Positions 34,670 to 36,293 of a stretch of 36,293 nt of DNA are shown here, one piece after another. The translations under genes and the position numbers were made by a program. Positions within the stretch are counted from its first letter, which is position 1; every line of letters starts with the position of its first letter. Under the pieces are notes generated by a model that was not told where the DNA came from, did not search any database, and saw only the letters and a list, made by a program, of their open reading frames with translations. Location: positions 1-36,293 of the forward strand of contig JAXLNO010000535.1 in assembly GCA_038087875.1 (NCBI GenBank), given 5' to 3'. This DNA is from Malacoraja senta. Its lineage: Eukaryota.

Positions 34670-36293
34670 CACATTGTGCTTTACGTAGCAAGTTGTTATC
34701 GGCCAAGCATCTGAATTCAGGAGTTTCTCGATGGACCCGACATTCATCTAAACCACTTGAGAATTGTTACAAAATTTTGAGATTTAAAAAATCAAGTCTG
34801 CAATTTATCCCATCAGATAAAGCAAAAAAGAAGTTTAATTTGACACCTGATTCACTTTCATATCTTCAGTATTAAAAAAGTTATGGCCATTTTCATATTG
34901 GGAAATTAGCATCTTGTTCCCTATTGCTTTTCCATTGACTTAACACAAAAGCTTTGATCGAGGACAGTCAAAAGCCCATAACTTTCTTAAAAATTAAGAG
35001 AACTGAATGAAATTTTCAGTTATTATAGATTGAAGCATTCTGAAAAAATATATATATCTTACTTGGATGACCTGAAATTAAAGCATAGAATTAGTTAATT
35101 ACCTAATTGTAGTTAATTACAAAATTGACCTTTGTTATGGAAATAGTAATAAACACCCAGACTGCCTTGAAACTTCAAAAATGTGATATTCTCAAGATCA
35201 GAACTTTAATATTATTGTATTATATGCTGTAAGTCCGTAACAGATAGGTAAATAAATGACAATTTCTAGCAATAGACCAAGTCTTTATGGAGAAGATCAG
35301 TTGCTAGCTGGTACATTGGCATATCACAATCAGTAGCATCATCATACTCCTCAGATTGTGACCAATAAGCAACTCTGTACACCTTGTTTTTCCTCAACTT
35401 TTCAATTTTGGCATTGTAAACTACAAGTTTTTGCTCTTCAAACCACGCATGACATGCCTTTCTGCCCACTACTTTCCCATTAAGAATGTCCTGTAGATTC
35501 CATTTCTTAAGAAAAGGATATATTTTTTAAATAGCCTAAGTATCCAAATAACAAACTAATCCCATTCACAAAAGAATTCACAATATAACATGATTTTTAA
35601 ATCTCACTGTCATGAATTTATATGCCAGATGGAAGGAATTTAATGTTTAATTCCCATAAATTAATCTAGAAACATCCACTCAATATAATCAAAATTATTA
35701 TTTTTTTGCACAATACATGGGACTAAAATTGATATTTAGTATAAAAATATTGACTATGGATAGACAATAACACAAAATATAGACGATTTAGATGCTCTTA
35801 TGACATGATTGCCCCCCCAAAAAAGCATTTAAATCATCTTGCGAGTGGGTTTTTCTGGAACGCGATCGATTGGAATGTTGCATTTGCGGTGAATTTGAAC
35901 TCCATATCGGTAGGAAAAACACTGCCGGTTCGTATGGGGCCCAAATCACATTTTCGCAATGCAAAATTAGATTAAAGCCATCCCAAAAAGCAAGATTATA
36001 TGTAAAATAAATGACTTACCCTTTGTTTTGTCCCGTTCTTGCGATCCGTCACATTGTAGGCGTTGAGGGCGTTAGAAGTCGCTTTTTATTTTAATCTAAT
36101 TATTAAATTGTCTCACAATAAAAATAAAAAAATCGGGAACGAAAGTCCGATCGATTTTTCTTCAGCAGCTAGGAGCCCGAGGAAATCCGCCTCCGACAGG
36201 CAGTAGAAAACTGGATTTTAATCCCGCCCTCCCCCCTCAAAGGCGCCAAAGTAGCGCACACGGCCAGTAGCAGAACTGCAGCGCCGCTGAAGG
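34670..36293 (-). mobile_element. Probable non-autonomous DNA-transposon derivative running off the window
   Basis: Unlike the SINE/LINE families here. Possible CAC-type terminus (CACATTG at 34670), an internal minus-strand terminal exon, an upstream donor and a CpG-rich distal part. The second terminus is not visible. Confidence 0.35.
35266..35490 (-). CDS. Putative terminal exon encoding a Spin/Ssty Tudor-like peptide
   Basis: Acceptor CTACAG|GAC on the minus strand (AG at 35492-35491). Open frame DILNGKVVGRKACHAWFEE...MYQLATDLLHKDLVYC*. Confidence 0.4.
   Translation of the reverse strand, partial: DILNGKVVGRKACHAWFEEQKLVVYNAKIEKLRKNKVYRVAYWSQSEEYDDATDCDMPMYQLATDLLHKDLVYC

Noticed and set aside
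34639..34678. RSS-like motif on the minus strand (CACAATG, 24-bp spacer, GCAAACACC)
   Set aside because: Off-length spacer, imperfect nonamer and no adjacent V/D/J coding segment. More likely chance or a transposon end.

Overview
Eukaryotic, repeat-dense genomic DNA. The V-SINE/HE1-like SINEs, CR1/HER1-like, Rex/Babar, Tx1 and Penelope remnants suggest a cartilaginous fish, probably a skate or ray (inference). I found no intact host gene. The only long intact ORF is the gag-pol of a complete, very young Ty3/Gypsy (Mag-like) retrotransposon (24546-29142) with identical 227-bp LTRs. Bases 1-4633 are two decayed L1-clade LINEs. Bases 8830-19444 are a ~3.54-kb tandem triplication; each unit holds a Harbinger-type MITE and the 5' part of a non-autonomous Helitron. 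The Helitron is complete only in unit 3 (18309-19585: A|TC ... hairpin ... CTAG|T). It carries a captured, frameshifted exon resembling SAC3D1, with NRF1/CCAAT/GC-box motifs upstream and a splice donor at its end. Also present: a solo LTR with a 5-bp TSD (23690-24248), Penelope fragments with degenerate hammerhead-like motifs, and, at the right end, a minus-strand terminal exon encoding a Spindlin (Spin/Ssty) Tudor-like peptide in probable DNA-transposon sequence. Family names rest on motif recognition by eye; no database searches were run.
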